Source of the DNA: Auanema rhodensis
Taxonomy: Eukaryota > Animalia > Nematoda
Direction of reading: 5' to 3'
Assembly (NCBI GenBank): GCA_964057225.1
Contig: OZ059896.1
Span: 11,594,001-11,658,000 of the forward strand
DNA: 64,000 nt
Shown here: positions 15,001 to 30,000 of the stretch, in pieces
How the letters are laid out: every line of letters begins with the position of its first letter
Numbering within the stretch: the stretch's first letter is position 1
The notes under the pieces: generated by a model
What the model was told of the DNA's origin: nothing
Database searches by the model: none
Seen by the model: the letters and a program-made list of their open reading frames with translations, nothing else
Translations under genes and position numbers: made by a program

Positions 15001-18000
15001 CATATTTTAAACAATTTTATAATTCTACGACTATTTGATAATTTCATTTTTTAAATTTTCAATCATTAAAAAACATATAAATTTCAATATTGTGATGATC
15101 AAAAACTGAAACATTTAAATATTTTGTATTTTCTAAACCATTTCACTAAATCTATTTTATTTAATCCCATATTTGAAACAACTTCATATTTCTACCACAA
15201 TTTCATAATTTCATTTTTTAAATTTCTAATCATTAAAAAACTTTTAAATTTCAATATTGTGATGCTCAAAAACTGAAACATTTAAATATTTTGTATTTTC
15301 TAAACCATTTCACTAAATCTATTTTATTTAATCCCATATTTTAAACAATTTTATAATTCTACCACTATATCATAATTTCATTCTTTAAATTTTTAATCAT
15401 TAAGAAACATTTACATTTCAATATTGTGATGCTCAAAAACTGAAACATTTAAATATTTTGTATTTTCTAAACCATTTCACTAAATCTATATTATTTAATC
15501 CCATATTTTGAACAATTTTATAATTCTACCACTATTTGATAATTTCATTTTTTAAATTTTCAATCATTAAAAAACATTTACATTTCAATATTGTGATGCT
15601 CAAAAACTGAAACATTTAAATATTTTGTATTTTCTAAACCATTTCACTAAATCTATATTATTTAATCCCATATTTTGAACAATTTTATAATTCTACCACT
15701 ATATCATAATTTCATTCTTTAAATTTTTAATCATTAAGAAACATTTACATTTCAATATTGTGATGCTCAAAAACTGAAACATTTAAATATTTTGTATTTT
15801 CTAAACCATTTCACTAAATCTATTTTATTTAATCCCATATTTGAAACAACTTCATATTTCTACCACAATTTCATAATTTCATTTTTTAAATTTCTAATCA
15901 TTAAAAAACTTTTAAATTTCAATATTGTGATGCTCAAAAACTGAAACATTTAAATATTTTGTATTTTCTAAACCATTTCACTAAATCTATTTTATTTAAT
16001 CCCATATTTTGAACAATTTTATAATTCTACCACTATATCATAATTTCATTCTTTAAATTTTTAATCATTAAGAAACATTTACATTTCAATATTGTGATGC
16101 TCAAAAACTGAAACATTTAAATATTTTGTATTTTCTAAACCATTTCACTAAATCTATTTTATTTAATCCCATATTTTAAACTATTTTATAATTCTACCAC
16201 TATTTCATAATTTCATTCTTTAAATTTTTAATCATTAAAAAACATATAAATTTCAATATTGTGATGATCAAAAACTGAAACATTTAAATATTTTGTATTT
16301 TCTAAACCATTTCACTAAATCTATTTTATTTAATCCCATATTTTAAACAACTTCATATTTCTACCACAATTTCATAATTTCATTTTTTAAATTTCTAATC
16401 ATTAAAAAACATTTAAATTTCAATATTGTGATGCTCAAAAACTGAAACATTTAAATGTTTTGTATTTTCTAAACCATTTCACTAAATCTATTTTATTTAA
16501 TTCCATATTTTTCACCAAATCTATTTTATTTAATTCCATATTTTAAACAATTTTATAATTCTACCACTATTTCATAATTTCATTCATTAAATTTTTAATC
16601 ATTAAAAAACATATAAATTTCAATATTGTGATGATCAAAACTGAAACATTTAAATATTTTGTATTTTCTAAACCATTTCACTAAATCTATTTTATTTAAT
16701 TCCATTTTTTAAACAATTTTATAATTCTACCACTATTTCATAATTTCATTCTTTAAATTTTTAATCATTAAAAAACATTTAAATTTCAATATTGTGATGC
16801 TCAAAAACTGAAACATTTAAGTATTTTGTATTTTCTAAACCATTTCACTAAATCTATTTTATTTAATTCCATATTTTTCACTAAATCTATTTTATTTAAT
16901 TCCATATTTTAAACAATTTTATAATTTTACCACGAATTCATAACTTCATTTTTTAAATTTTTAATCATTAAAAAACATTTAAATTTCAATATTGCGATGC
17001 TCAAAAACTAAAACATTTAAATATTTTGTATTTTCTAAACCATTTCACTCCATCTCTTTTATTTAATTCCATATTTTAAACAATTTTATATTTCTACCAC
17101 AATTTCATAATTTCATTCTTTAAATTTTTAATCATTAAAAAACATATAAATTTCAATATTGCGATGCTCAAAAACTAAAACATTTAAATATTTTGTATTT
17201 TCTTAACCATTTCACCAAATCTTTTTTATTTAATTCCATATTTTAAACAATTTTATAATTCTACCACTATTTCATAATTTCATTCTTTAAAATTTTAATC
17301 ATTAAAAAACATATAAATTTAAATATTGTGATGATCAAAACTGAAACATTTAAATATTTTGTATTTTCCAAACCATTTCACTAAATCTATTTTATTTAAT
17401 CCCATATTTTAAACAATTTTATAATTCTACGACTATTTCATAACTTCATTTTTTAAGTTTTTAATCATTAAAAAACATTTAAATTTCAATATTGTGATGC
17501 TCAAAAACTGAAACATTTAAATATTTTGTATTTTCTAAACCATTTCACTAAATCTATTTTATTTAATTCCATATTTTAAACAATTTCATAATTCTACGAC
17601 TATTTCATAACTTCATTTTTTAAGTTTTTAATCATTAAAAAACATATAAATTTCAATATTGTGATGATCAAAAACTGAAACATTTAAATATTTTGTATTT
17701 TCCAAACCATTTCACTAAATCTATTTTATTTAATTCCATATTATAAACAATTTCATAATTCCACGACTATTTCATAACTTCATTTTTTAAGTTTTTAATC
17801 ATTAAAAAACATTTAAATTTCAATATTGTGATGCTCAAAAAATGAAACATTTAAATATTTTGTATTTTCCAAACCATTTCACTAAATCTATTTTATTTAA
17901 TTCCATATTTTAAACAATTTTATAATTCTACCACTATTTCATAATTTCATTCTTTAAATTTTTAATCATTAAGAAACATTTACATTTCAATATTGTGATG

Positions 18001-21000
18001 CTCAAAAACTGAAACATTTAAATATTTTGTATTTTCTAAACCATTTCACTAAATCTATATTATTTAATCCCATATTTTGAACAATTTTATAATTCTACGA
18101 CTATTTCATAACTTCATTTTTTAAGTTTTTAATCATTAAAAAACATTTAAATTATATATTGTGATGCTCAAAAACTGAAACATTTAAATATTTTGTATTT
18201 TCCAAACCATTTCACTAAATCTATTTTATTTAATTCCATTTTTTAAACAATTTTATAATTCTACCACTATTTCATAATTTCATTCTTTAAATTTTTAATC
18301 ATTAAAAAACATTTAAATTTCAATATTGTGATGCTCAAAAACTGAAACATTTAAGTATTTTGTATTTTCTAAACCATTTCACTAAATCTATTTTATTTAA
18401 TTCCATATTTTTCACTAAATCTATTTTATTTAATTCCATATTTTAAACAATTTTATAATTCTACCACGAATTCATAACTTCATTTTTTAAATTTTTAATC
18501 ATTAAAAAACATTTAAATTTCAATATTGCGATGCTCAAAAACTAAAACATTTAAATATTTTGTATTTTCTAAACCATTTCACTCCATCTCTTTTATTTAA
18601 TTCCATATTTTAAACAATTTTATATTTCTACCACAATTTCATAATTTCATTCTTTAAATTTTTAATCATTAAAAAACATATAAATTTCAATATTGTGATG
18701 CTCAAAAACTGAAACATTTAAATATTTTGTATTTTCTTAACCATTTCACCAAATCTTTTTTATTTAATTCCATATTTTAAACAATTTTATAATTCTACCA
18801 CTATTTCATAATTTCATTCTTTAAAATTTTAATCATTAAAAAACATATAAATTTCAATATTGTGATGCTCAAAAACTGAAACATTTAAATATTTTGTATT
18901 TTCCAAACCATTTCACTAAATCTATTTTATTTAATTCCATATTTTAAACAATTTTATAATTCTACCACTATTTCATAATTTCATTCTTTAAATTTTTAAT
19001 CATTAAGAAACATTTACATTTCAATATTGTGATGCTCAAAAACTGAAACATTTAAATATTTTGTATTTTCTAAACCATTTCACTAAATCTATTTTATTTA
19101 ATTCCATATTTTAAACAATTTCATAATTCTACGACTATTTCATAACTTCATTTTTTAAGTTTTTAATCATTAAAAAACATATAAATTTCAATATTGTGAT
19201 GATCAAAAACTGAAACATTTAAATATTTTGTATTTTCCAAACCATTTCACTAAATCTATTTTATTTAATTCCATATTATAAACAATTTCATAATTCCACG
19301 ACTATTTCATAACTTCATTTTTTAAGTTTTTAATCATTAAAAAACATTTAAATTTCAATATTGTGATGCTCAAAAACTGAAACATTTAAATATTTTGTAT
19401 TTTCCAAACCATTTCACTAAATCTATTTTATTTAATTCCATATTTTAAACAATTTTATAATTCTACCACTATTTCATAATTTCATTCTTTAAATTTTTAA
19501 TCATTAAGAAACATTTACATTTCAATATTGTGATGCTCAAAAACTGAAACATTTAAATATTTTGTATTTTCTAAACCATTTCACTAAATCTATATTATTT
19601 AATCCCATATTTTGAACAATTTTATAATTCTACGACTATTTGATAACTTCATTTTTTAAGTTTTTAATCATTAAAAAACATTTAAATTTAAATATTGTGA
19701 TGCTCAAAAACTGAAACATTTAAATATTTTGTATTTTCCAAACCATTTCACTAAATCTATTTTATTTGATTCCATATTATAAACAATTTCATAATTCCAC
19801 GACTATTTCATAACTTCATTTTTTAAGTTTTTAATCATTAAGAAACATTTACATTTCAATATTGTGATGCTCAAAAACTGAAACATTTAAATATTTTGTA
19901 TTTTCCAAACCATTTCACTAAATCTATTTTATTTAATTCCATATTTTAAACAATTTTATAATTCTACGACTATTTCATAACTTCATTTTTTAAGTTTTTA
20001 ATCATTAAAAAACATATAAATTTCAATATTGTGATGATCAAAAACTGAAACATTTAAATATTTTGTATTTTCCAAACCATTTCACTAAATCTATTTTATT
20101 TAATTCCATATTATAAACAATTTCATAATTCCACGACTATTTCATAACTTCATTTTTTAAGTTTTTAATCATTAAAAAACATTTAAATTTCAATATTGTG
20201 ATGCTCAAAAACTGAAACATTTAAATATTTTGTATTTTCCAAACCATTTCACTAAATCTATTTTATTTAATTCCATATTTTAAACAATTTTATAATTCTA
20301 CCACTATTTCATAATTTCATTCTTTAAATTTTTAATCATTAAGAAACATTTACATTTCAATATTGTGATGCTCAAAAACTGAAACATTTAAATATTTTGT
20401 ATTTTCTAAACCATTTCACTAAATCTATATTATTTAATCCCATATTTTGAACAATTTTATAATTCTACGAATATTTCATAACTTCATTTTTTAAGTTTTT
20501 AATCATTAAAAAACATTTAAATTTAAATATTGTGATGCTCAAAAACTGAAACATTTAAATATTTTGTATTTTCCAAACCATTTCACTAAATCTATTTTAT
20601 TTAATTCCATATTATAAACAATTTCATAATTCCACGACTATTTCATAACTTCATTTTTTAAGTTTTTAATCATTAAGAAACATTTACATTTCAATATTGT
20701 GATGCTCAAAAACTGAAACATTTAAATATTTTGTATTTTCCAAACCATTTCACTAAATCTATTTTATTTAATTCCATATTTTAAACAATTTTATAATTCT
20801 ACGACTATTTCATAACTTCATTTTTTAAGTTTTTAATCATTAAAAAACATTTAAATTTAAATATTGTGATGCTCAAAAACTGAAACATTTAAATATTTTG
20901 TATTTTCCAAACCATTTCACTAAATCTATTTTATTTAATCCCATATTTTAAACAATTTTATAATTCTACGACTATTTCATAACTTCATTTTTTAAGTTTT

Positions 21001-24000
21001 TAATCATTAAAAAACATTTAAATTTCAATATTGTGATGCTCAAAAACTGAAACATTTAAATATTTTGTATTTTCCAAACCATTTCACTAAATCTATTTTA
21101 TTTAATTCCATATTATAAACAATTTCATAATTCCACGACTATTTCATAACTTCATTTTTTAAGTTTTTAATCATTAAAAAACATTTAAATTTCAATATTG
21201 TGATGCTCAAAAACTGAAACATTTAAATATTTTGTATTTTCCAAACCATTTCACTAAATCTATTTTATTTAATTCCATATTTTAAACAATTTTATAATTC
21301 TACCACTATTTCATAATTTCATTCTTTAAATTTTTAATCATTAAGAAACATTTACATTTCAATATTGTGATGCTCAAAAACTGAAACATTTAAATATTTT
21401 GTATTTTCTAAACCATTTCACTAAATCTATATTATTTAATCCCATATTTTGAACAATTTTATAATTCTACCACTATTTCATAATTTCATTCTTTAAATTT
21501 CTAATCATTGAAAAACATATAAATTTCAATATTGTGATGATCAAAAACTGAAACATTTAAATATTTTGTATTTTCTAAACCATTTCACTAAATCTATTTT
21601 ATTTAATTCCATATTTTAAACAATTTTATAATCCTACGACTATTTGATAATTTCATTTTTTAAATTTTCAATCATTAAAAAACATTTAAATTTCAATATT
21701 GTGATGCTCAAAAACTGAAACATTTAAATATTTTGTATTTTCTAAACCATTTCACTAAATCTATTCTATTTAATCCCATATTTTAAACTATTTTATAATT
21801 CTACCACTATTTCATAATTTCATTCTTTAAATTTTTAATCATTAAAAAACATATAAATTTCAATATTGTGATGATCAAAAACTGAAAAATTTAAATATTT
21901 TGTATTTTCTAAACCATTTCACTAAATCTATTTTATTTAATTCCATATTTTAAACAATTTTATAATTCTACCACTATTTCATAATTTCATTCTTTAAATT
22001 TTTAATCATTAAGAAACATTTACATTTCAATATTGTGATGCTCAAAAACTGAAACATTTAAATATTTTGTATTTTCTAAACCATTTCACTAAATCTATAT
22101 TATTTAATCCCATATTTTGAACAATTTTATAATTCTACCACTATTTCATAATTTCATTCTTTAAATTTCTAATCATTGAAAAACATATAAATTTCAATAT
22201 TGTGATGATCAAAAACTGAAACATTTAAATATTTTGTATTTTCTAAACCATTTCACTAAATCTATTTTATTTAATTCCATATTTTAAACAATTTTATAAT
22301 CCTACGACTATTTGATAATTTCATTTTTTAAATTTTCAATCATTAAAAAACATTTAAATTTCAATATTGTGATGCTCAAAAACTGAAACATTTAAATATT
22401 TTGTATTTTCTAAACCATTTCACTAAATCTATTCTATTTAATCCCATATTTTAAACTATTTTATAATTCTACCACTATTTCATAATTTCATTCTTTAAAT
22501 TTTTAATCATTAAAAAACATATAAATTTAAATATTTTGTATTTTCTAAACCATTTCACTAAATCTATTTTATTTAATTCCATTTTTTAAACAATTTTATA
22601 ATTCTACGACTATTTCATAATTTCATTTTTTAAATTTTTAATCATTAAAAAACATTTAAATTTCAATATTGTGATGCTCAAAAACTGAAACATTTAAATA
22701 TTTTGTATTTTCTAAACCATTTCACTCCATCTCTTTTGATTAATTCCATATTTTTAACAATTTCATATTTCTACCACGAATTCATAACTTCATTTTTTAA
22801 ATTTTTAATCATTAAAAAACATTTAAATTTCAATATTGTGATGCTCAAAAACTGAAACATTTAAATATTTTGTATTTTCTTAACCATTACACTCCATCTC
22901 TTTTATTTAATCCCATATTTTAAACTATTTTATAATTCTACGACTATTTGATAATTTCATTTTTTAAATTTTCAATCATTAAAAAACATTTAAATTTCAA
23001 TATTGTGATGCTCAAAAACTGAAACATTTAAATATTTTGTATTTTCCAAACCATTTCACTAAATCTATTTTATTTAATTCCATATTATAAACAATTTCAT
23101 AATTCCACGACTATTTCATAACTTCATTTTTTAAGTTTTTAATCATTAAAAAACATTTAAATTTCAATATTGTGATGCTCAAAAACTGAAACATTTAAAT
23201 ATTTTGTATTTTCCAAACCATTTCACTAAATCTATTTTATTTAATTCCATATTTTAAACAATTTTATAATTCTACCACTATTTCATAATTTCATTCTTTA
23301 AATTTTTAATCATTAAGAAACATTTACATTTCAATATTGTGATGCTCAAAAACTGAAACATTTAAATATTTTGTATTTTCTAAACCATTTCACTAAATCT
23401 ATATTATTTAATCCCATATTTTGAACAATTTTATAATTCTACGACTATTTCATAACTTCATTTTTTAAGTTTTTAATCATTAAAAAACATTTAAATTTAA
23501 ATATTGTGATGCTCAAAAACTGAAACATTTAAATATTTTGTATTTTCCAAACCATTTCACTAAATCTATTTTATTTAATTCCATATTATAAACAATTTCA
23601 TAATTCCACGACTATTTCATAACTTCATTTTTTAAGTTTTTAATCATTAAGAAACATTTACATTTCAATATTGTGATGCTCAAAAACTGAAACATTTAAA
23701 TATTTTGTATTTTCCAAACCATTTCACTAAATCTATTTTATTTAATTCCATATTTTAAACAATTTTATAATTCTACGACTATTTCATAACTTCATTTTTT
23801 AAGTTTTTAATCATTAAAAAACATTTAAATTTAAATATTGTGATGCTCAAAATTTGAAACATTTAAATATTTTGTATTTTCCAAACCATTTCACTAAATC
23901 TATTTTATTTAATCCCATATTTTAAACAATTTTATAATTCTACGACTATTTCATAACTTCATTTTTTAAGTTTTTAATCATTAAAAAACATTTAAATTTC

Positions 24001-27000
24001 AATATTGTGATGCTCAAAAACTGAAACATTTAAATATTTTGTATTTTCCAAACCATTTCACTAAATCTATTTTATTTAATTCCATATTATAAACAATTTC
24101 ATAATTCCACGACTATTTCATAACTTCATTTTTTAAGTTTTTAATCATTAAAAAACATTTAAATTTCAATATTGTGATGCTCAAAAACTGAAACATTTAA
24201 ATATTTTGTATTTTCCAAACCATTTCACTAAATCTATTTTATTTAATTCCATATTTTAAACAATTTTATAATTCTACCACTATTTCATAATTTCATTCTT
24301 TAAATTTTTAATCATTAAGAAACATTTACATTTCAATATTGTGATGCTCAAAAACTGAAACATTTAAATATTTTGTATTTTCTAAACCATTTCACTAAAT
24401 CTATATTATTTAATCCCATATTTTGAACAATTTTATAATTCTACCACTATTTCATAATTTCATTCTTTAAATTTCTAATCATTGAAAAACATATAAATTT
24501 CAATATTGTGATGATCAAAAACTGAAACATTTAAATATTTTGTATTTTCTAAACCATTTCACTAAATCTATTTTATTTAATTCCATATTTTAAACAATTT
24601 TATAATCCTACGACTATTTGATAATTTCATTTTTTAAATTTTCAATCATTAAAAAACATTTAAATTTCAATATTGTGATGCTCAAAAACTGAAACATTTA
24701 AATATTTTGTATTTTCTAAACCATTTCACTAAATCTATTCTATTTAATCCCATATTTTAAACTATTTTATAATTCTACCACTATTTCATAATTTCATTCT
24801 TTAAATTTTTAATCATTAAAAAACATATAAATTTCAATATTGTGATGATCAAAAACTGAAAAATTTAAATATTTTGTATTTTCTAAACCATTTCACTAAA
24901 TCTATTTTATTTAATTCCATTTTTTAAACAATTTTATAATTCTACGACTATTTCATAATTTCATTTTTTAAATTTTTAATCATTAAAAAACATTTAAATT
25001 TCAATATTGTGATGCTCAAAAACTGAAACATTTAAATATTTTGTATTTTCTAAACCATTTCACTCCATCTCTTTTGATTAATTCCATATTTTTAACAATT
25101 TCATATTTCTACCACGAATTCATAACTTCATTTTTTAAATTTTTAATCATTAAAAAACATTTAAATTTCAATATTGTGATGCTCAAAAACTGAAACATTT
25201 AAATATTTTGTATTTTCTTAACCATTACACTCCATCTCTTTTATTTAATCCCATATTTTAAACTATTTTATAATTCTACGACTATTTGATAATTTCATTT
25301 TTTAAATTTTCAATCATTAAAAAACATTTAAATTTCAATATTGTGATGCTCAAAAACTGAAACATTTAAATATTTTGTATTTTCTAAACCATTTCACTAA
25401 ATCTATTCTATTTAATCCCATATTTTAAACTATTTTATAATTCTACCACTATTTCATAATTTCATTCTTTAAATTTTTAATCATTAAAAAACATATAAAT
25501 TTCAATATTGTGATGATCAAAAACTGAAAAATTTAAATATTTTGTATTTTCTAAACCATTTCACTAAATCTATTTTATTTAATTCCATTTTTTAAACAAT
25601 TTTATAATTCTACGACTATTTCATAATTTCATTTTTTAAATTTTTAATCATTAAAAAACATTTAAATTTCAATATTGTGATGCTCAAAAACTGAAACATT
25701 TAAATATTTTGTATTTTCTAAACCATTTCACTCCATCTCTTTTGATTAATTCCATATTTTTAACAATTTCATATTTCTACCACGAATTCATAACTTCATT
25801 TTTTAAATTTTTAATCATTAAAAAACATTTAAATTTCAATATTGTGATGCTCAAAAACTGAAACATTTAAATATTTTGTATTTTCTTAACCATTACACTC
25901 CATCTCTTTTATTTAATCCCATATTTTAAACTATTTTATAATTCTACGACTATTTGATAATTTCATTTTTTAAATTTTCAATCATTAAAAAACATTTAAA
26001 TTTCAATATTGTGATGCTCAAAAACTGAAACATTTAAATATTTTGTATTTTCTAAACCATTTCACTAAATCTATTCTATTTAATTCCATATTTTAAACAA
26101 TTTTATAATTCTACGACTATTTGATAATTTCATTTTTTAAATTTTCAATCATTAAAAAACATTTAAATTTCAATATTGTGATGCTCAAAAACTGAAACAT
26201 TTAAATATTTTGTATTTTCTAAACCATTTCACTAAATCTATTCTATTTAATTCCATATTTTATACAATTTTATAATTCTACCACTATTTCATAATTTCAT
26301 TCTTTAAATTTTTAATCATTAAAAAACATTTAAATTTCAATATTGTGATGCTCAAAAACTGAAACATTTAAATATTTTGTATTTTCTTAACCATTACACT
26401 CCATCTCTTTTATTTAATCCCATATTTTAAACAATTTCATAATTCTACCACTATTTCATAATTTCATTCTTTAAAATTTTATTCATTAAAAAATATTTAA
26501 ATTTCAATATTGTGATGCTCAAAAACTGAAACATTTAAATATTTTGTATTTTCTTAACCATTACACTCCATTTCTTTTATTTAATCCCATATTTTAAACA
26601 ATTTCATAATTCTACCACTATTTCATAATTTCATTCTTTAAATTTTTAATCATTAAAAAACATTTAAATTTCAATATTGTGATGCTCAAAAACTGAAACA
26701 TTTAAATATTTTGTATTTTCTAAACCATTTCACTAAATCTATTCTATTTAATTCCATATTTTAAACAATTTTATAATTCTACCACTATTTGATAATTTCA
26801 TTTTTTAAATTTTCAATCATTAAAAAACATTTAAATTTCAATATTGTGATGCTCAAAAACTGAAACATTTAAATATTTTGTATTTTCTAAACCATTTCAC
26901 TAAATCTATATTATTTAATCCCATATTTTGAACAATTTTATAATTCTACCACTATTTCATAATTTCATTCTTTAAATTTTTAATCATTAAAAAACATATA

Positions 27001-30000
27001 AATTTCAATATTGTGATGCTCAAAAACTGAAACATTTGAATATTTTGTATTTTCTAAACCATTTCACTAAATCTATTTTATTTAATTCCATTTTTAAACA
27101 ATTTTATAATTCTACGACTATTTCATAATTTCATTTTTTAAATTTTCAATCATTAAAAAACATTTAAATTTCAATATTGTGATGCTCAAAAACTGAAACA
27201 TTTAAATATTTTGTATTTTCTAAACCATTTCACTAAATCTATTTTATTTAATCCCATATTTTAAACAATTTTATAATTCTACCACTATTTGATAATTTCA
27301 TTTTTTAAATTTTCAATCATTAAAAAACATTTAAATTTCAATATTGTGATGCTCAAAAACTGAAACATTTAAATATTTTGTATTTTCTAAACCATTTCAC
27401 TAAATCTATATTATTTAATCCCATATTTTAAACAATTTTATAATTCTACCACTATTTGATAATTTCATTTTTTAAATTTTTAATCATTAAAAAACATTTA
27501 AATTTCAATATTGTGATGCTCAAAAACTGAAACATTTAAATATTTTGTATTTTCTAAACCATTTCACTCCATCTCTTTTGATTAATTCCATATTTTTAAC
27601 AATTTCATATTTCTACCACGAATTCATAACTTCATTTTTTAAATTTTTAATCATTAAAAAACATTTAAATTTCAATATTGTGATGCTCAAAAACTGAAAC
27701 ATTTAAATATTTTGTATTTTCTTAACCATTACACTCCATCTCTTTTATTTAATCCCATATTTTAAACTATTTTATAATTCTACGACTATTTGATAATTTC
27801 ATTTTTTAAATTTTCAATCATTAAAAAACATTTAAATTTCAATATTGTGATGCTCAAAAACTGAAACATTTAAATATTTTGTATTTTCTAAACCATTTCA
27901 CTAAATCTATATTATTTAATCCCATATTTTAAACAATTTTATAATTCTACCACTATTTGATAATTTCATTTTTTAAATTTTCAATCATTAAAAAACATTT
28001 AAATTTCAATATTGTGATGCTCAAAAACTGAAACATTTAAATATTTTGTATTTTCTAAACCATTTCACTAAATCTATTCTATTTAATTCCATATTTTATA
28101 CAATTTTATAATTCTACCACTATTTCATAATTTCATTCTTTAAATTTTTAATCATTAAAAAACATTTAAATTTCAATATTGTGATGCTCAAAAACTGAAA
28201 CATTTAAATATTTTGTATTTTCTTAACCATTACACTCCATCTCTTTTATTTAATCCCATATTTTAAACAATTTCATAATTCTACCACTATTTCATAATTT
28301 CATTCTTTAAAATTTTATTCATTAAAAAATATTTAAATTTCAATATTGTGATGCTCAAAAACTGAAACATTTAAATATTTTGTATTTTCTTAACCATTAC
28401 ACTCCATTTCTTTTATTTAATCCCATATTTTAAACAATTTCATAATTCTACCACTATTTCATAATTTCATTCTTTAAATTTTTAATCATTAAAAAACATT
28501 TAAATTTCAATATTGTGATGCTCAAAAACTGAAACATTTAAATATTTTGTATTTTCTAAACCATTTCACTAAATCTATTCTATTTAATTCCATATTTTAA
28601 ACAATTTTATAATTCTACCACTATTTGATAATTTCATTTTTTAAATTTTCAATCATTAAAAAACATTTAAATTTCAATATTGTGATGCTCAAAAACTGAA
28701 ACATTTAAATATTTTGTATTTTCTAAACCATTTCACTAAATCTATATTATTTAATCCCATATTTTGAACAATTTTATAATTCTACCACTATTTCATAATT
28801 TCATTCTTTAAATTTTTAATCATTAAAAAACATATAAATTTCAATATTGTGATGCTCAAAAACTGAAACATTTAAATATTTTGTATTTTCTAAACCATTT
28901 CACTAAATCTATTTTATTTAATTCCATTTTTTAAACAATTTTATAATTCTACGACTATTTCATAATTTCATTTTTTAAATTTTCAATCATTAAAAAACAT
29001 TTAAATTTCAATATTGTGATGCTCAAAAACTGAAACATTTAAATATTTTGTATTTTCTAAACCATTTCACTAAATCTATTTTATTTAATCCCATATTTTA
29101 AACAATTTTATAATTCTACCACTATTTGATAATTTCATTTTTTAAATTTTCAATCATTAAAAAACATTTAAATTTCAATATTGTGATGCTCAAAAACTGA
29201 AACATTTAAATATTTTGTATTTTCTAAACCATTTCACTAAATCTATATTATTTAATCCCATATTTTAAACAATTTTATAATTCTACCACTATTTGATAAT
29301 TTCATTTTTTAAATTTTCAATCATTAAAAAACATTTAAATTTCAATATTGTGATGCTCAAAAACTGAAACATTTAAATATTTTGTATTTTCTAAACCATT
29401 TCACTAAATCTATTTTATTTAATCCCATATTTTAAACAATTTTATAATTCTACCACTATTTGATAATTTCATTTTTTAAATTTTCAATCATTAAAAAACA
29501 TTTAAATTTCAATATTGTGATGCTCAAAAACTGAAACATTTAAATATTTTGTATTTTCTAAACCATTTCACTAAATCTATATTATTTAATCCCATATTTT
29601 GAACAATTTTATAATTCTACCACTATTTGATAATTTCATTTTTTAAATTTTCAATCATTAAAAAACATTTAAATTTCAATATTGTGATGCTCAAAAACTG
29701 AAACATTTAAATATTTTGTATTTTCTAAACCATTTCACTAAATCTATATTATTTAATCCCATATTTTGAACAATTTTATAATTCTACCACTATTTCATAA
29801 TTTCATTCTTTAAATTTTTAATCATTAAAAAACATTTAAATTTCAATATTGTGATGCTCAAAAACTGAAACATTTAAATATTTTGTATTTTCTAAACCAT
29901 TTCACTAAATCTATTTTATTTAATTCCATATTTTAAACAATTTTATAATTCTACGACTATTTGATAATTTCATTTTTTAAATTTTCAATCATTAAAAAAC

